Shown: positions 22,655 through 33,271, numbered from the stretch's first letter. The stretch: DNA of 64,000 bases from an uncultured delta proteobacterium (GCA_963803435.1 CAWDML010000009.1:320001-384000); one strand, 5' to 3'. Numbers and translations are program-made. Notes: generated by a model from the sequence alone, not told the origin.

Positions 22655-23340
22655 TGAGGATCATTCTTCACGAGGACGTGCCGAACCTGGGCGTCGTCGG
22701 CGACCTGGTGTCGGTCCGCGACGGCTACGCGCGGAACTTCCTCATCCCGCAGGGCAAGGCAGCCTTCGCGTCGGTCAAGTCGATCCGCGAGCTCGATCAT
22801 CAGAAGCGACTGGCCGCGCACAACCGCAAGAAGGCGACCGCCGCCGCCAGCGTGGCCAAGGACCGGATCGAGGCCCTCTCGGTGGTGATGCACGCGAAGG
22901 TGGCCCCGCCGCCGCTCGGCGAGGACGGGCTCCCGGTGCAGGAGATCCTGCCGCGCCTCTTCGGCTCGATCACGAACCGCGACATCACCCGGGTCCTCAA
23001 GGACACCGGGATCGACGTGGGCGGACACCGCCGCATCGTCATCAGCGAGCACATCCGGACCATCGGAAAGTTCTCGGCCGCGGTGCGCCTCGACGGCGGC
23101 ATCGTGGCGACGCTCCCGTTCTGGGTGATCCCGGAGGGTGCCACCGACATCGAGGCGGAGAAGCGCCGCGCCGAGGAAGCCCAGGTCAACGCCCGCGAAG
23201 AAGAGAAGCGTCTCCTCGCCGAGGAGCAGGCGAAGCACGCCGCCCTCGTCGCCGAGGTCGAGGCCGCCAACAAGGCCCGCGCCGAGGCCGCCGCCGCCGC
23301 CTTCGGTCTCACGCCGACCGAAGAAGAGCCCGAAGAATAA
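22651..23340 (+). CDS. rplI: 50S ribosomal protein L9 with insertion and C-terminal extension
   Basis: VRDGYARNFLIPQG, LFGSIT. Confidence 0.93.
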   Translation: MMRIILHEDVPNLGVVGDLVSVRDGYARNFLIPQGKAAFASVKSIRELDHQKRLAAHNRKKATAAASVAKDRIEALSVVMHAKVAPPPLGEDGLPVQEILPRLFGSITNRDITRVLKDTGIDVGGHRRIVISEHIRTIGKFSAAVRLDGGIVATLPFWVIPEGATDIEAEKRRAEEAQVNAREEEKRLLAEEQAKHAALVAEVEAANKARAEAAAAAFGLTPTEEEPEE

Positions 23341-23463
23341 CGCCAGGGCTTCGCCCGCTCCGCAGCGTCGCAGCTTTCGTTCCGTCGGTCCTCCGTTCGC
23401 TATTCGGTTTCTCCCGCCGAGTCGGCTTTGCCGGTCGGGACCCACGCTATACAGTCCGCCGCC

Positions 23464-24831
23464 ATGCAGGTCTCGCCGCCCCCGGTCGCCAGCAGCCCCA
23501 GGGGCCGGGTGCCGCCGCAAGATCTCGAGGCCGAGCGCGCCGTCCTCGGATCGATCCTCCTCGACAACGAGGCCGCCTATGTCGCCATCGAGCTGCTCCA
23601 GGCCGACGACTTCTATCGCCCCGCGCACGCGCAGGTCTTCACGGCCGTCGTCGAGCTCACGACCCGGAGCGAACCGATCGACGTGGTGACGCTGTCGAGC
23701 GCGCTCTCCGCTAAGGGTCAGCTCGAAGGGATCGGCGGTCTGGCGGCGCTGGTCGGCCTCTCGGAGTCCGTCCCCACGTCCGCGAACATCAAGCACTACG
23801 GCGAGCTGGTGCGGAAGAAGGCGATGCTTCGGCGGCTGATCGCCGCCGCCACGCAGATCGTCCGCGATGCGTACGACTCTCCCAACCCGGAGGAACAGGT
23901 CGACGTCGCGGAGAAGATGATCTTCGACATCGCCAAGGACAAGGCGCGCCAGGGCATCACGCCCATCTCCGAGATCGTGGCGACGGCCTTCAAGCTGATC
24001 GAGAAGCTGGCGGAGGAGAAGCGCGCCATCACCGGCGTCGGGACCGGGATCTTCGGGCTCGACAAGCTCACGGCCGGGCTCCAGCCCTCGGACCTGATCA
24101 TCGTGGCCGGTCGTCCCTCCATGGGAAAGACCGCGTTCTCGCTGGGGATCGCGCTCCACGCCGCCACCTCCGCCGGCGCCAAGGTCGGCGCTCTTCTCGC
24201 TGGAGATGTCGAAGGAGAGCCTGGTCCAGCGCATGCTCTGCAGCGACGGGCGCATCGACTCGGCCCGCCTGCGCGGCGGCTTCCTGAACGAGGAGGACTG
24301 GCCCAAGCTCGCCCGCGCCGCGGGTCGCCTCTCGGAGGCGCCGGTCTGGATCGACGACAGCGGCTCGATCTCCGTGCTCGAGGTCCGGGCCAAGTGCCGG
24401 CGGCTCGCGGCCGAGCAAGGCCTCGACCTGGTGATGATCGACTACCTCCAGCTCATGCGCGGCAGCCCGAACACCCAGAGCCGCGAGCAGGAGATCTCGC
24501 GAGATCTCGCGTGGGCTCAAGGCGCTGGCCAAGGAGCTGCGGGTCCCGGTGGTCGCGCTCTCGCCAGCTGAACCGCAGCGTCGAGCAGCGCGTCGACAAG
24601 CGCCCGGTGCTGGCGGACCTGCGCGAGTCGGGCGCCATCGAGCAGGACGCCGACGTGATCATGTTCGTCTACCGCGACGAGGTCTACCACCCCGAGACCG
24701 AGGACCGCGGGATCGCCGAGATCATCATCGGTAAGCAGCGCAACGGCCCCATCGGCACCGTGCGGTGCCGCTTCTTCCACGAGTACACGCGCTTCGATAA
24801 TCTCCTCGACGATGAGCGCGGCGGTCGCTGA
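23464..24831 (+). CDS. dnaB: Replicative DNA helicase DnaB (three apparent +1 insertions between ~24188 and ~24564)
   Basis: [21 protein letters not shown] (alternate frame), [19 protein letters not shown]. Confidence 0.95.
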   Translation: MQVSPPPVASSPRGRVPPQDLEAERAVLGSILLDNEAAYVAIELLQADDFYRPAHAQVFTAVVELTTRSEPIDVVTLSSALSAKGQLEGIGGLAALVGLSESVPTSANIKHYGELVRKKAMLRRLIAAATQIVRDAYDSPNPEEQVDVAEKMIFDIAKDKARQGITPISEIVATAFKLIEKLAEEKRAITGVGTGIFGLDKLTAGLQPSDLIIVAGRPSMGKTAFSLGIALHAATSAGAKVGALLAGDVEGEPGPAHALQRRAHRLGPPARRLPERGGLAQARPRRGSPLGGAGLDRRQRLDLRARGPGQVPAARGRARPRPGDDRLPPAHARQPEHPEPRAGDLARSRVGSRRWPRSCGSRWSRSRQLNRSVEQRVDKRPVLADLRESGAIEQDADVIMFVYRDEVYHPETEDRGIAEIIIGKQRNGPIGTVRCRFFHEYTRFDNLLDDERGGR

Positions 24832-25072
24832 TTGGTACGTCTATCTGCTCGAGTGCAGCGACGGCACCCTCTACTGCGGCGTGGCCAAGGACGTGGACGC
24901 GCGGCTCGACGTCCACAACGAAGGTAAGGGCGCCAAGTACACTCGCGCCCGGTTACCCGTGACGCTGATCGCGCGGAGCGCCGCCCTCCCCAAGCCGGAC
25001 GCCTTCCGGATGGAGCGCCGGGTGAAGCGGATGCGCCGGGACCGAAAGCTCGGCGCGTTCCAGGCCGGCTGA
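24812..25072 (+). CDS. GIY-YIG nuclease family protein (UPF0213)
   Basis: [16 protein letters not shown]...[11 protein letters not shown]. Confidence 0.9.
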   Translation: MSAAVADWYVYLLECSDGTLYCGVAKDVDARLDVHNEGKGAKYTRARLPVTLIARSAALPKPDAFRMERRVKRMRRDRKLGAFQAG

Positions 25073-25118
25073 CACGCGACCGATGGTCACCGGGGCGCGA
25101 CCGTCCTAGGCAGAACGG

Positions 25119-25784
25119 ATGAGGCTCTACTTTGGGGCGCTCGCGGCGCTGTGCCTGAGCACGACCGCGAGTGCACAGAGACCGCGGCTCACGCCGGCCG
25201 AGATCGCCAAGGACGCCATCCCGTCGGTGGTCCTGATCCGATCGTCGACGTCGCTCGGCAGCGGGTTCGTGGTGAAGAGCGACGGCCTGATCGCGACGAA
25301 CCACCACGTCCTCTACGGCGCGAGCGAAGCCGTGGTGGTCCTGTCGGACGGCAAGGAGCTGTCCGACGTCTCGGTGGTGGCGATCGATGAGGCCCACGAT
25401 CTGGTGCTGATCCGCGTCCCGGCCCGGGGCCTGCGCGCGCTCCCGCTCGCCGACATCAAGCAGATCGAGGCGGGCGAGCGGGTGGTGGCGATCGGACATC
25501 CGCTCGGCCTCGGCAACACCATCACCGACGGCCTGGTGAGCGCAGTTCGCACCGTCTCGCCGGATCTGACGCTGCTCCAGATCTCGGCGCCGATCTCCTC
25601 GGGCTCCTCGGGAGGGCCGCTGATCGACGAGTCCGGCCGCGTGATCGGCGTGTCGACGCTCTACAGCATCAAGGGCCAGAACCTGAACTTCGGCGTCCCG
25701 GTCGACTATCTCCAGCGCCTGATGGCCGGCAAGGCGTCGCCCACGCCCCTCGCCAAGTACGAGTGGGCGTCTGCCCCGGCGTGA
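25119..25784 (+). CDS. Secreted trypsin-like (S1C) serine protease
   Basis: Signal peptide; TNHHV, DLV, GSSGGP. Confidence 0.88.
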   Translation: MRLYFGALAALCLSTTASAQRPRLTPAEIAKDAIPSVVLIRSSTSLGSGFVVKSDGLIATNHHVLYGASEAVVVLSDGKELSDVSVVAIDEAHDLVLIRVPARGLRALPLADIKQIEAGERVVAIGHPLGLGNTITDGLVSAVRTVSPDLTLLQISAPISSGSSGGPLIDESGRVIGVSTLYSIKGQNLNFGVPVDYLQRLMAGKASPTPLAKYEWASAPA

Positions 25785-26464
25785 TCGAGCGGGCCGTTCC
25801 GCATCACGAGGAGGCGATGCTCGCCGGCTGCACGGCGAACGATCTGGAGCGGATCGTCCGCGGGATCACCGGCGCGATCGAGGTCGGAGCGCCGCTCTAC
25901 AACGACGGCCAGCACGAGGCCTGCTTCCGCATCTATCAGGGCGCGGCCCTCGACCTTCAGAAGCAGCTGGGCGCATGCGAGGGCGGGAAGAAGGCCCTGG
26001 CCGACGGCGTGGCGCGCGCGGCCAAGGCCGATAGCTACGACGCGAAGGCGTGGGCGATGCGCGACGCCTTCGACGGCCTGCTCGACGTGGTGGCGCGCAA
26101 GAGCGCAGGCGGAGGCGCCGTCGGGGGAAGGCGTCGCGACGTGCCCCACCACGAGCTGTCGCTCTTGAACGGCTGCTCGCACGAAGACATGGCGGTGGTG
26201 GAGGACGCGATCGGCTCGGCGATCGACGTGGGCGCGCCGCTGTACAACCAGGGCAACATCGAGGCCTGCTTTCGCGTGTACGAGGGCGCGATCCTGAACC
26301 TGCTGCGAAGCGAGCACAAAGGCTGTGCCGGGCCCAAGGATGCGCTGCGCCGCGGTCTCAAGCGCGCGGCCGCCGAGAAGACGTACGAGGACAAGGCGTG
26401 GGCGTTGCGCGACGCGTTCGACGGCGTGCTGGACGTGATCGGGCGGAAGGTCGGTCGCCCTTGA
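25781..26464 (+). CDS. Protein of two tandem Cys-containing domains of unknown function (possibly C-terminus of the protease)
   Basis: Duplicated GAPLYN.G..EACFR.Y ... KAWA.RDAFDG; GTGA overlap with protease stop. Confidence 0.7.
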   Translation: MIERAVPHHEEAMLAGCTANDLERIVRGITGAIEVGAPLYNDGQHEACFRIYQGAALDLQKQLGACEGGKKALADGVARAAKADSYDAKAWAMRDAFDGLLDVVARKSAGGGAVGGRRRDVPHHELSLLNGCSHEDMAVVEDAIGSAIDVGAPLYNQGNIEACFRVYEGAILNLLRSEHKGCAGPKDALRRGLKRAAAEKTYEDKAWALRDAFDGVLDVIGRKVGRP

Positions 26465-26501
26465 CCGATCGCCCGCTTCCATCGGACATCGTCGATACAC
26501 G

Positions 26502-26783
26502 ATGGCGACGAAGAAGCGGGTGGACGAGGAGCTGAGCCTGTTCTGCAAGGCGCTGGGCCATCCGATCCGCGTCGAGATCGTTCGCATCCTCGATCGCAGG
26601 CGCGAGTGCATCTGTGGCGACCTGGTCGACGAGCTCCCGGTGGCGCAGTCCACCGTGTCGCAGCACCTCAAGGTTCTCAAGCGCGCGGGCCTGGTGGTGG
26701 GTGACGTCGAGGGACCGCGACGGGGCTACTACCTCAACCGCGAGGCCCTCGAGCGGCTGAAGGCGCTCATCGCGGCGCTCTGA
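26502..26783 (+). CDS. ArsR/SmtB transcriptional regulator
   Basis: KALGHPIR..ECICGDL..AQSTVSQHLKVL. Confidence 0.92.
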   Translation: MATKKRVDEELSLFCKALGHPIRVEIVRILDRRRECICGDLVDELPVAQSTVSQHLKVLKRAGLVVGDVEGPRRGYYLNREALERLKALIAAL

Positions 26784-26837
26784 GGGATTTGACGCGATCG
26801 CCGAGTCGGGCCATCGTCGCGATCGAGAGAGCGTCGG

Positions 26838-28307
26838 ATGGGCTTCACCATCAAGTCCCGCCTCGGTCGCGGGCGAAGCGTGGAGAGCTTCGCGGCGACC
26901 CTCGATGTCGATGGAGACCGCTTCGACGTGGTCGTCAAGCGTCCCCGCTCCGAGCTCAAGAACAATGCCGCCTTCGCCGAAGCGCTGCTCGCCTGGGGCG
27001 CGAGCCAGCGCGACATCGACCAGGAGAATGTGGTGGCGGTGCTCGAGGTCGGTCGCACCGAGGAGGGCCCGTACGTGCTCCAGGAGTGGGTCGAGGGCGC
27101 ACCGCTCTCGGCCGCGATCCAGGCGCTGCGCCGCCGCAAGCGCACGCTGATGCCGAGCCTCGCCCTCGCCCTCGCCGAGCAGGCGGCCGCCGGACTTACC
27201 CATCTCCATCGCAAGGGCATCATCCACGGCGGCCTCGACACCGGCGAGGTCCTCCTCTCCTACGCGGGTGAGGCGAAGATCGGTGACCAGCGGCTCAGGA
27301 CCCTCGATCGATATCTCGGCGCCGATCTGATCCCGGACGATGCGGATCTCTACCGAGCGCCCGAGGTGCGCGATGCCTCCGACGCGACCGAGCCCGGCGA
27401 CGTCTATGCCCTGGGGCTGATCACGCTCGAGCTCCTGATCGGGACGGCGGTCTGGGCCGCCGACTCCATGACGATCGACGGCTCGATCGCGGCGCTCAAG
27501 GACTTCACGCACGTCGGTCAGGCGCAACCTGCGTTGACGGAGGATCTGGTCGCGCTCCTCCGCGCCTGTCTGGCCGAGCGACCCGCCGAGCGCGCCACCG
27601 CCCGGCGCGCGCTCGAGCAGATCAAGGCGGTGGTGGCGAAGCACCGGATCCACGTGGAGCGGCAGGCGCTGGGCGACTTCCTGAAGGCGCTGATCCCACC
27701 GCCCGAGGCCGCCGAGGCGCCCACGATGATGGTGGATCCGGAGACCGCCGAGCAGATCGCGGCGCAGCACTCGGCGCGCGTGGCCCGCTTCGAGGGGTTG
27801 TCGGTCCCGCTCGATCCGGACCTGGAGCGGAAGGCGCTCACCCGCGCCGTGCGGCCCGTGTCGGTGCCGCCGGAGCTCCCGCCGGCCCCGCTGCCCAAGC
27901 CCGACTTCTCGGCGCCCTCGGTGGCGCGGTCGAGGGCCGTCAGCGTCCCGAACGTGGCGAAGGTCGCGGTCCGGGCGGCCTCCGAGTTCGATCGCAGCGT
28001 CGGTCGCAACCTGCGCCTGGCCGCCGCCGCCGTGGGCGGTCTGGTGCTGCTCCTGATCGCGATCGCGATGTTCCGCGGCGATCACAGCCGGTCCATCCGG
28101 CTCAGGGTGTCATCCGTGCCCGCCGGAGCGGATCTGTTCGTCGACGGCGTTGCGGTCGGCGCCACGCCGGTCAACCAGGATCTCGTCGTGGAGGGCCAGA
28201 CCGTCCAGCTCCGCTTCACGCTCGACGGTTATCGCGAGCACAAGGTCTCGATCGGCACGGACGCCGCCGAGCTCCGCTACGAGGCGCCGCTGGAAAAGGA
28301 CGAGTGA
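26838..28307 (+). CDS. Ser/Thr kinase-like (probable pseudokinase) with TM segment and PEGA domain
   Basis: VVKR, YRAPE, DVYALG; HGG replaces HRD; SVPAGA..VDG..GATP. Confidence 0.8.
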   Translation: MGFTIKSRLGRGRSVESFAATLDVDGDRFDVVVKRPRSELKNNAAFAEALLAWGASQRDIDQENVVAVLEVGRTEEGPYVLQEWVEGAPLSAAIQALRRRKRTLMPSLALALAEQAAAGLTHLHRKGIIHGGLDTGEVLLSYAGEAKIGDQRLRTLDRYLGADLIPDDADLYRAPEVRDASDATEPGDVYALGLITLELLIGTAVWAADSMTIDGSIAALKDFTHVGQAQPALTEDLVALLRACLAERPAERATARRALEQIKAVVAKHRIHVERQALGDFLKALIPPPEAAEAPTMMVDPETAEQIAAQHSARVARFEGLSVPLDPDLERKALTRAVRPVSVPPELPPAPLPKPDFSAPSVARSRAVSVPNVAKVAVRAASEFDRSVGRNLRLAAAAVGGLVLLLIAIAMFRGDHSRSIRLRVSSVPAGADLFVDGVAVGATPVNQDLVVEGQTVQLRFTLDGYREHKVSIGTDAAELRYEAPLEKDE

Positions 28308-29509
28308 AGGCCTACCGGGTCAGGACCGAGCGGCGGATCGCACCCTTCGGCGACCCCGCGCGGGATCTGTTCGTGGGCGTCCGCACGCTCGGAGAGTGGC
28401 AGTCGAGCGCCGTCCGGGGCGCGGGCCTCGAGCTCGAGGACGTCGACCGCGTGGCGGATGCCCGGGAGCGGCCGTGCCTCCTCTTCTTCGACGACGTCTT
28501 CTTCTCGGAGATCGCGCTCCGCCAGTTCCTCGCCGACACCCTCCGCTCGACCGACGACACCCAGCTGGCCCTGGAGAGCTCACCGATCCTGCGGGCGATC
28601 GAGCCGCTTCAGGAGGCCCGCGCGGTCGAAGGCGGGGCGGCCTTCGGCGTCTTCCGTCTGACGGGGGAGGGACCGCTCGAGTCGGCCCGACCGGTGTTCG
28701 TGCGCCGGCGCGAGAGGGAGATCGAGCTGCGGCTCCCGCCGCTGATCGGCGAGGGGGAGGGCCGCGTGACGCACAAGCGGGTGGCGGCGCCGCTCACGGC
28801 CCGGATCGTCGCGCACGTTCGGCACTGGATCCACCTGCTGCGGCTCTCGCAGCTCTCGATCGGAATCGAGCTGGTGGAGCGCCTGCGGAAGCAGCCGCGC
28901 CTGATGCTGCGGCTCCGCCTGATGAAGGGACGCGACCCCTGGGAGATCGCGCGAAAGATCAACTTCGTGGATCCGCACGCGCGCGTGCATCCGACCGCCG
29001 ATCTCGAGTGTGCGGTGATCGGTCCCGGCGCGGTCGTGCACGCTCACGCGCACGTGCATCGGACCGTCCTCGGCCCCGGCGTGGAGGTCGGAGATCACGC
29101 GGCGCTGGTGGGCTGCACGCTCGCCGAGAACGTCCACGTGCTCCGCGCCTCGTACTTCGCGCTCTGCGCGGCCATGCCTGGAGGAACGCTCGCCAACTAC
29201 AAGGCCCAGCTCTCGCTGTTCGGGCGCGATGTCTTCCTGACGTCTTCGGCGATGCTCATCGACGCCAAGCTCGAAGGGGAGATCGGGATCGCGCACGAGG
29301 GCCGCGTGCTCCCGACGGGCACGCCGTTCCTCGGCAGTTGCCTCGGCCACCGCGTGACGCTCGGGGCGAACGTCGCGATCCTCCCCGGGCGCGCCGTCCC
29401 CAACGGGCAGATCATCGTGGGCGCGCCGGAGCAGTTCGTCTCGCATGCACCGGATTACCCTGAAGGGACGCTCCTCACCGTCCGCAACGGCCGGATCGAG
29501 CCGGTCTGA
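28304..29509 (+). CDS. Left-handed beta-helix (hexapeptide repeat) protein
   Basis: VIGPGAVV, VLGPGVEV, LGHRVTLGANV repeats. Confidence 0.65.
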   Translation: MKAYRVRTERRIAPFGDPARDLFVGVRTLGEWQSSAVRGAGLELEDVDRVADARERPCLLFFDDVFFSEIALRQFLADTLRSTDDTQLALESSPILRAIEPLQEARAVEGGAAFGVFRLTGEGPLESARPVFVRRREREIELRLPPLIGEGEGRVTHKRVAAPLTARIVAHVRHWIHLLRLSQLSIGIELVERLRKQPRLMLRLRLMKGRDPWEIARKINFVDPHARVHPTADLECAVIGPGAVVHAHAHVHRTVLGPGVEVGDHAALVGCTLAENVHVLRASYFALCAAMPGGTLANYKAQLSLFGRDVFLTSSAMLIDAKLEGEIGIAHEGRVLPTGTPFLGSCLGHRVTLGANVAILPGRAVPNGQIIVGAPEQFVSHAPDYPEGTLLTVRNGRIEPV

Positions 29510-29595
29510 TCCTCGCCGGTCGGTCATTCGTCGGATCCGAGATCCTGGATTCGGTACGATGATCATCGTGGACGGGGCGTTGAGAGTGGAATCTG

Positions 29596-31947
29596 ATGAC
29601 CTACATGGTGCGCACCGCGCTCGCTCCGTTCCTGATCACCGCCGCGCTGATCACTTCCTGTAACGGCAACGACAGCCTGATCCGGGTGCGTCCGCGCATC
29701 GTGACCGAGCCTTCGGCCGGGACCGCGCTGACGTTCACCGAGGTCGTCCTGGGTCGCTCCGAGGCCGAGCCGGTGATCGTGGTGATCGGCAATGTCGGCG
29801 AGGGCCCGCTCTCGATCGACGACGTGCGGCTCGAGGGCGAGGGCGCCTCTCAGTTCCGCGTGAGCTCGCACCCGCGTGCGCTCGCGCCCGGACAGCGCGG
29901 CGAGCTCTTCCTTCGCTTCGAGCCGACCTCACCCGGCGATCACCTCGCCACGCTGATCATCGAGAGCAACGACACCACCGACCCCTCGCTCTCCTTCCCC
30001 GTCTCGGGCTCCGCCCACGAGCCCTGCGCGATCAGCGCCGGCCCCCCGCACCAGGTGTTCCTGCTCGGGGAGATCAGGGACGTCACGGTCCGGGCCGAGA
30101 CCTCGTACGAGTGCAAGATCGTCCGCATCTTCACCGACGAGAACCTGTTCGAGATCCTGAACCTCCCCGAGCTCCCGTACACGATCCCTGCGGGCGGCGA
30201 GCTGGATCTCCAGGTCCAGCACATCAACGTCAGCACGCAGCCGGGCACGCCCACGCGGGAGATGCGCATCAAGGAGTCGGGCGGCACCGAGTCGGTCGTG
30301 ACCTTCCAGGGCGAGCCGCCCCTGTATGGGTGCCTGTCGGTGTTCCCGAACAAGCAGATCATCTTCGGATCGGCGCAGATCGGTACCCACCTCCAGCAGC
30401 GCGCGGTGGTCCGAAACTCCTGCAGCCGAGAGGCCTACGTCAGCTCGGCGGTGATCGGCACCGGCTTCTACTTCTTCAGCGTCGAGGGCGAGTTCCCTCA
30501 GGCCGTCCCGCCGCTCGGCTCGATCGACGTGGTGGTCACCTACGATCCCTTCGATCCGCTCGGCGACCGCGGCATCCTCAACATCAACACCAACGACGCC
30601 GCCAACCCGCGCTTCCGGCTCGAGCTCTACGGGACCGCGCAGGTCCCGCAGATCCAGAGCTTCCCGCAGGTCCTCGACTTCGGGACCGTGGTGTTCCGCA
30701 ACCCTCAGGGCGCCGAGATGCGATCGGAGTGTGCCTCCCGCACCCAGTACGTGCAGGTGTTCAGCACCGGTGACGCGCCGCTGATCATCGACGATCTCGA
30801 GATCGAGGCGGGCCACGACGACCTCTTCGACGTGACCAGCGTGACGGTGGACAGCACGCCCATCCCCGACTTCACCCAGCCGATCACGGTGCTCCCGGGC
30901 GAGGAGGCCCGGATCACCGTGCAGTTCTATCCGACCCGCCTCACGCCGGTGGAGCATCGGAGCAAGCTCCTGATCCACCACAACGCCTCGCCCGATCCCC
31001 AGGAGGTGACGCTGATCGGCAAGGCCGCCAACGACGGCGCCACCACCGACATCTTCCACCAGCTCGAGGGCCCGAAGCTCGACATTCTCTGGGTGATCGA
31101 CGACTCGTGCTCGATGTTCGACGAGCAGGCGAGGTTGATCGACAACCTCACCCAGTTCGTCGGCTACGCGGACGCGCAGAACGCCGACTATCAGATGGCG
31201 GTGACCAACACCGACTCGCGCTCGCGCAACGCGGGACGCCTCCACCGCTGCTTCCCGCACCCGGTCGTCATCGGCAGCAGCTACGCCGACAGCGCCACCC
31301 GCGAGGAGGCGTTCGAGTGCATGTTCAACCTCGGCACCACCGGCGGTGGCGAGTTCGAGGCGGGCCTGGGCGCGGCGATGCGCGTGCTCGAGCGCGCGAC
31401 CGATCCCAACAACGCGGATCCGAACGTGAACCCGAACGCAGCGCTGCTCCGCCCCGACGCGAAGCTGGTGGTGGTGGTGATGAGCGACGAGGACGATCAG
31501 TCGGTCGAGGCCGATCCGGTCATCCGCGACTTCTACTTCTCCGTGAAGGGCGCGCACCGCCCCGACCGCGTCTCGGTGCACGCGATCGCAGGCCCGGTCG
31601 ATCACGCGTGCGAGACCGGCGTTCGCCAGGCCTCGCCCGGGTTCCGTTACCACTGGATGACGCAACAGACCGGCGGCATCTTCTTCGACATCTGCCAGCC
31701 GGACTGGCAGCCGGTCCTGCAGGATCTCGGGCTCTCGGTGTTCACGCCCATCGACGAGTGGGATCTCACCCAGGCCGCCGATCCGGCGTCGCTGGTGGTG
31801 ACCGTCGACGGCGTGCCGGTGGCCCGCGACGTGAACAACGGCTACACGTACAACCCGCTCGGAAACAGCATCAAGTTCCACGGCGCTGCGCTGCCGGAGC
31901 CGGGCGCGGAGATCATCGCGGACTACAGCGGGCTGTGCCGCCCGTAG
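29596..31947 (+). CDS. Surface lipoprotein with Ig-like (choice-of-anchor D-type) repeats and C-terminal vWA domain
   Basis: ITSC lipobox; I.SND motifs; DILWVIDDSCSM MIDAS; SDEDD. Confidence 0.78.
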   Translation: MTYMVRTALAPFLITAALITSCNGNDSLIRVRPRIVTEPSAGTALTFTEVVLGRSEAEPVIVVIGNVGEGPLSIDDVRLEGEGASQFRVSSHPRALAPGQRGELFLRFEPTSPGDHLATLIIESNDTTDPSLSFPVSGSAHEPCAISAGPPHQVFLLGEIRDVTVRAETSYECKIVRIFTDENLFEILNLPELPYTIPAGGELDLQVQHINVSTQPGTPTREMRIKESGGTESVVTFQGEPPLYGCLSVFPNKQIIFGSAQIGTHLQQRAVVRNSCSREAYVSSAVIGTGFYFFSVEGEFPQAVPPLGSIDVVVTYDPFDPLGDRGILNINTNDAANPRFRLELYGTAQVPQIQSFPQVLDFGTVVFRNPQGAEMRSECASRTQYVQVFSTGDAPLIIDDLEIEAGHDDLFDVTSVTVDSTPIPDFTQPITVLPGEEARITVQFYPTRLTPVEHRSKLLIHHNASPDPQEVTLIGKAANDGATTDIFHQLEGPKLDILWVIDDSCSMFDEQARLIDNLTQFVGYADAQNADYQMAVTNTDSRSRNAGRLHRCFPHPVVIGSSYADSATREEAFECMFNLGTTGGGEFEAGLGAAMRVLERATDPNNADPNVNPNAALLRPDAKLVVVVMSDEDDQSVEADPVIRDFYFSVKGAHRPDRVSVHAIAGPVDHACETGVRQASPGFRYHWMTQQTGGIFFDICQPDWQPVLQDLGLSVFTPIDEWDLTQAADPASLVVTVDGVPVARDVNNGYTYNPLGNSIKFHGAALPEPGAEIIADYSGLCRP

Positions 31948-31979
31948 CGCGGCGACCCGGCACCCATTAGTCTCGTCGG

Positions 31980-33233
31980 GTGACGCGCGCCGAGATCCTC
32001 GCGATCGGAGACGAGCTCCTCTCCGGAGAGACCGTCGACACCAACTCGAGCTACCTCGACGGTGTCCTGGCAGGCTGGGGCTGGACGGTGGTGCGGCACA
32101 CCACCGTCGCCGACGAGCTCGACGACATCGCGGCGGCGTTCCGGGAGGCGGCCGCGCGGGCCGACCTGGTGGTGTCGACCGGCGGGCTCGGGCCCACCAA
32201 GGACGATCTCACGCTCGAGGGTCTCTCCCGCGCCCTCGGCTGCGAGCTGGTCGAGCACGCGGAGACGCTGGAGCGGATCGGAAAGCTGTTCGCGGCCATG
32301 GGACGCGAGATGACGCCGAACAACCGGCGCCAGGCGATGGTCCCGGCGATCGGCGAGGTGGTGGTCAACGAGTCGGGGACGGCGCCGGCGTTCTTCGCGG
32401 AGCTCTCGAACGCGAAGATCTTCCTGATGCCGGGCGTGCCGCGCGAGGTGCGCTGGCTGGTGGAGAACCGGCTCCTCGATCGCGTGGGACGCGGGGCGCG
32501 CGAGGCGACGCGGCGGACGATCAAGGTGATCGGCGTAGGCGAGAGCAAGCTCGAGGACATGATCAAGGAGGTGGTGACGGCGCACCTGGGCGTGCGCTTC
32601 GGCTACCGGACGCAGGGGCTGGAGAACCACGTGAAGCTCCTGGCGGAGGGACCCGATCGGGAGGCGCTGCTCGACGCGGCCGAGGCGGAGCTCCACCGCG
32701 TGCTCGAGGATCGGATCTTTGGCAGGGACGACGAGACGCTCGAGGAGGTGGTGGGCAAGACGCTGCGGCGGGCGCGCGCCACGGTGGCGACGGCCGAGTC
32801 GTGCACCGGCGGGTGGATCGCGAAGATGCTCACGGACATCTCGGGATCGTCGGAGTACGTCCGCGGCGGCGTGGTGAGCTACTCGAACGACGCCAAGGTG
32901 CGGCTGCTCGGCGTGCGCGAGGAGGACCTCGCGGAGCACGGCGCGGTCAGCGAAGAGGTCGTGCGGCAGATGGCCGCGGGCGTGCGGTCGCGGCTGGTCG
33001 CCGACTATGGGATCGGCGTGACCGGCGTGGCGGGGCCGACGGGCGGGACCGAGGCCAAGCCGGTGGGCACGGTCTGGATCGCGGTGGCCTCGGAGGCCGG
33101 CGTCGACACGCAGCTGTTGAAGCTGCCGGTGCGGAGCCGGGACTGGATCCGGGAGATGTCGGCCCGGGCGGCGCTCGGTCTGCTCCGTCGCAAGATCTTG
33201 GGGTCGGAGGCAAAAACGACCGCTACATCTTGA
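31980..33233 (+). CDS. cinA: Competence/damage-inducible protein CinA
   Basis: IGDELLSG, GGLGPT.DD, AESCTGG, GVAGP. Confidence 0.95.
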   Translation: MTRAEILAIGDELLSGETVDTNSSYLDGVLAGWGWTVVRHTTVADELDDIAAAFREAAARADLVVSTGGLGPTKDDLTLEGLSRALGCELVEHAETLERIGKLFAAMGREMTPNNRRQAMVPAIGEVVVNESGTAPAFFAELSNAKIFLMPGVPREVRWLVENRLLDRVGRGAREATRRTIKVIGVGESKLEDMIKEVVTAHLGVRFGYRTQGLENHVKLLAEGPDREALLDAAEAELHRVLEDRIFGRDDETLEEVVGKTLRRARATVATAESCTGGWIAKMLTDISGSSEYVRGGVVSYSNDAKVRLLGVREEDLAEHGAVSEEVVRQMAAGVRSRLVADYGIGVTGVAGPTGGTEAKPVGTVWIAVASEAGVDTQLLKLPVRSRDWIREMSARAALGLLRRKILGSEAKTTATS

Positions 33234-33239
33234 CTCATG

Positions 33240-33271
33240 TTGACGCTGACCACTGAACGGCTGTAGCGTTC
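33240..33271 (+). promoter_or_regulatory. Putative recA promoter with overlapping imperfect palindrome (candidate LexA site)
   Basis: TTGACG-N18-TAGCGT; GAACGGCTGTAGCGTTC dyad over the -10. Confidence 0.35.
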
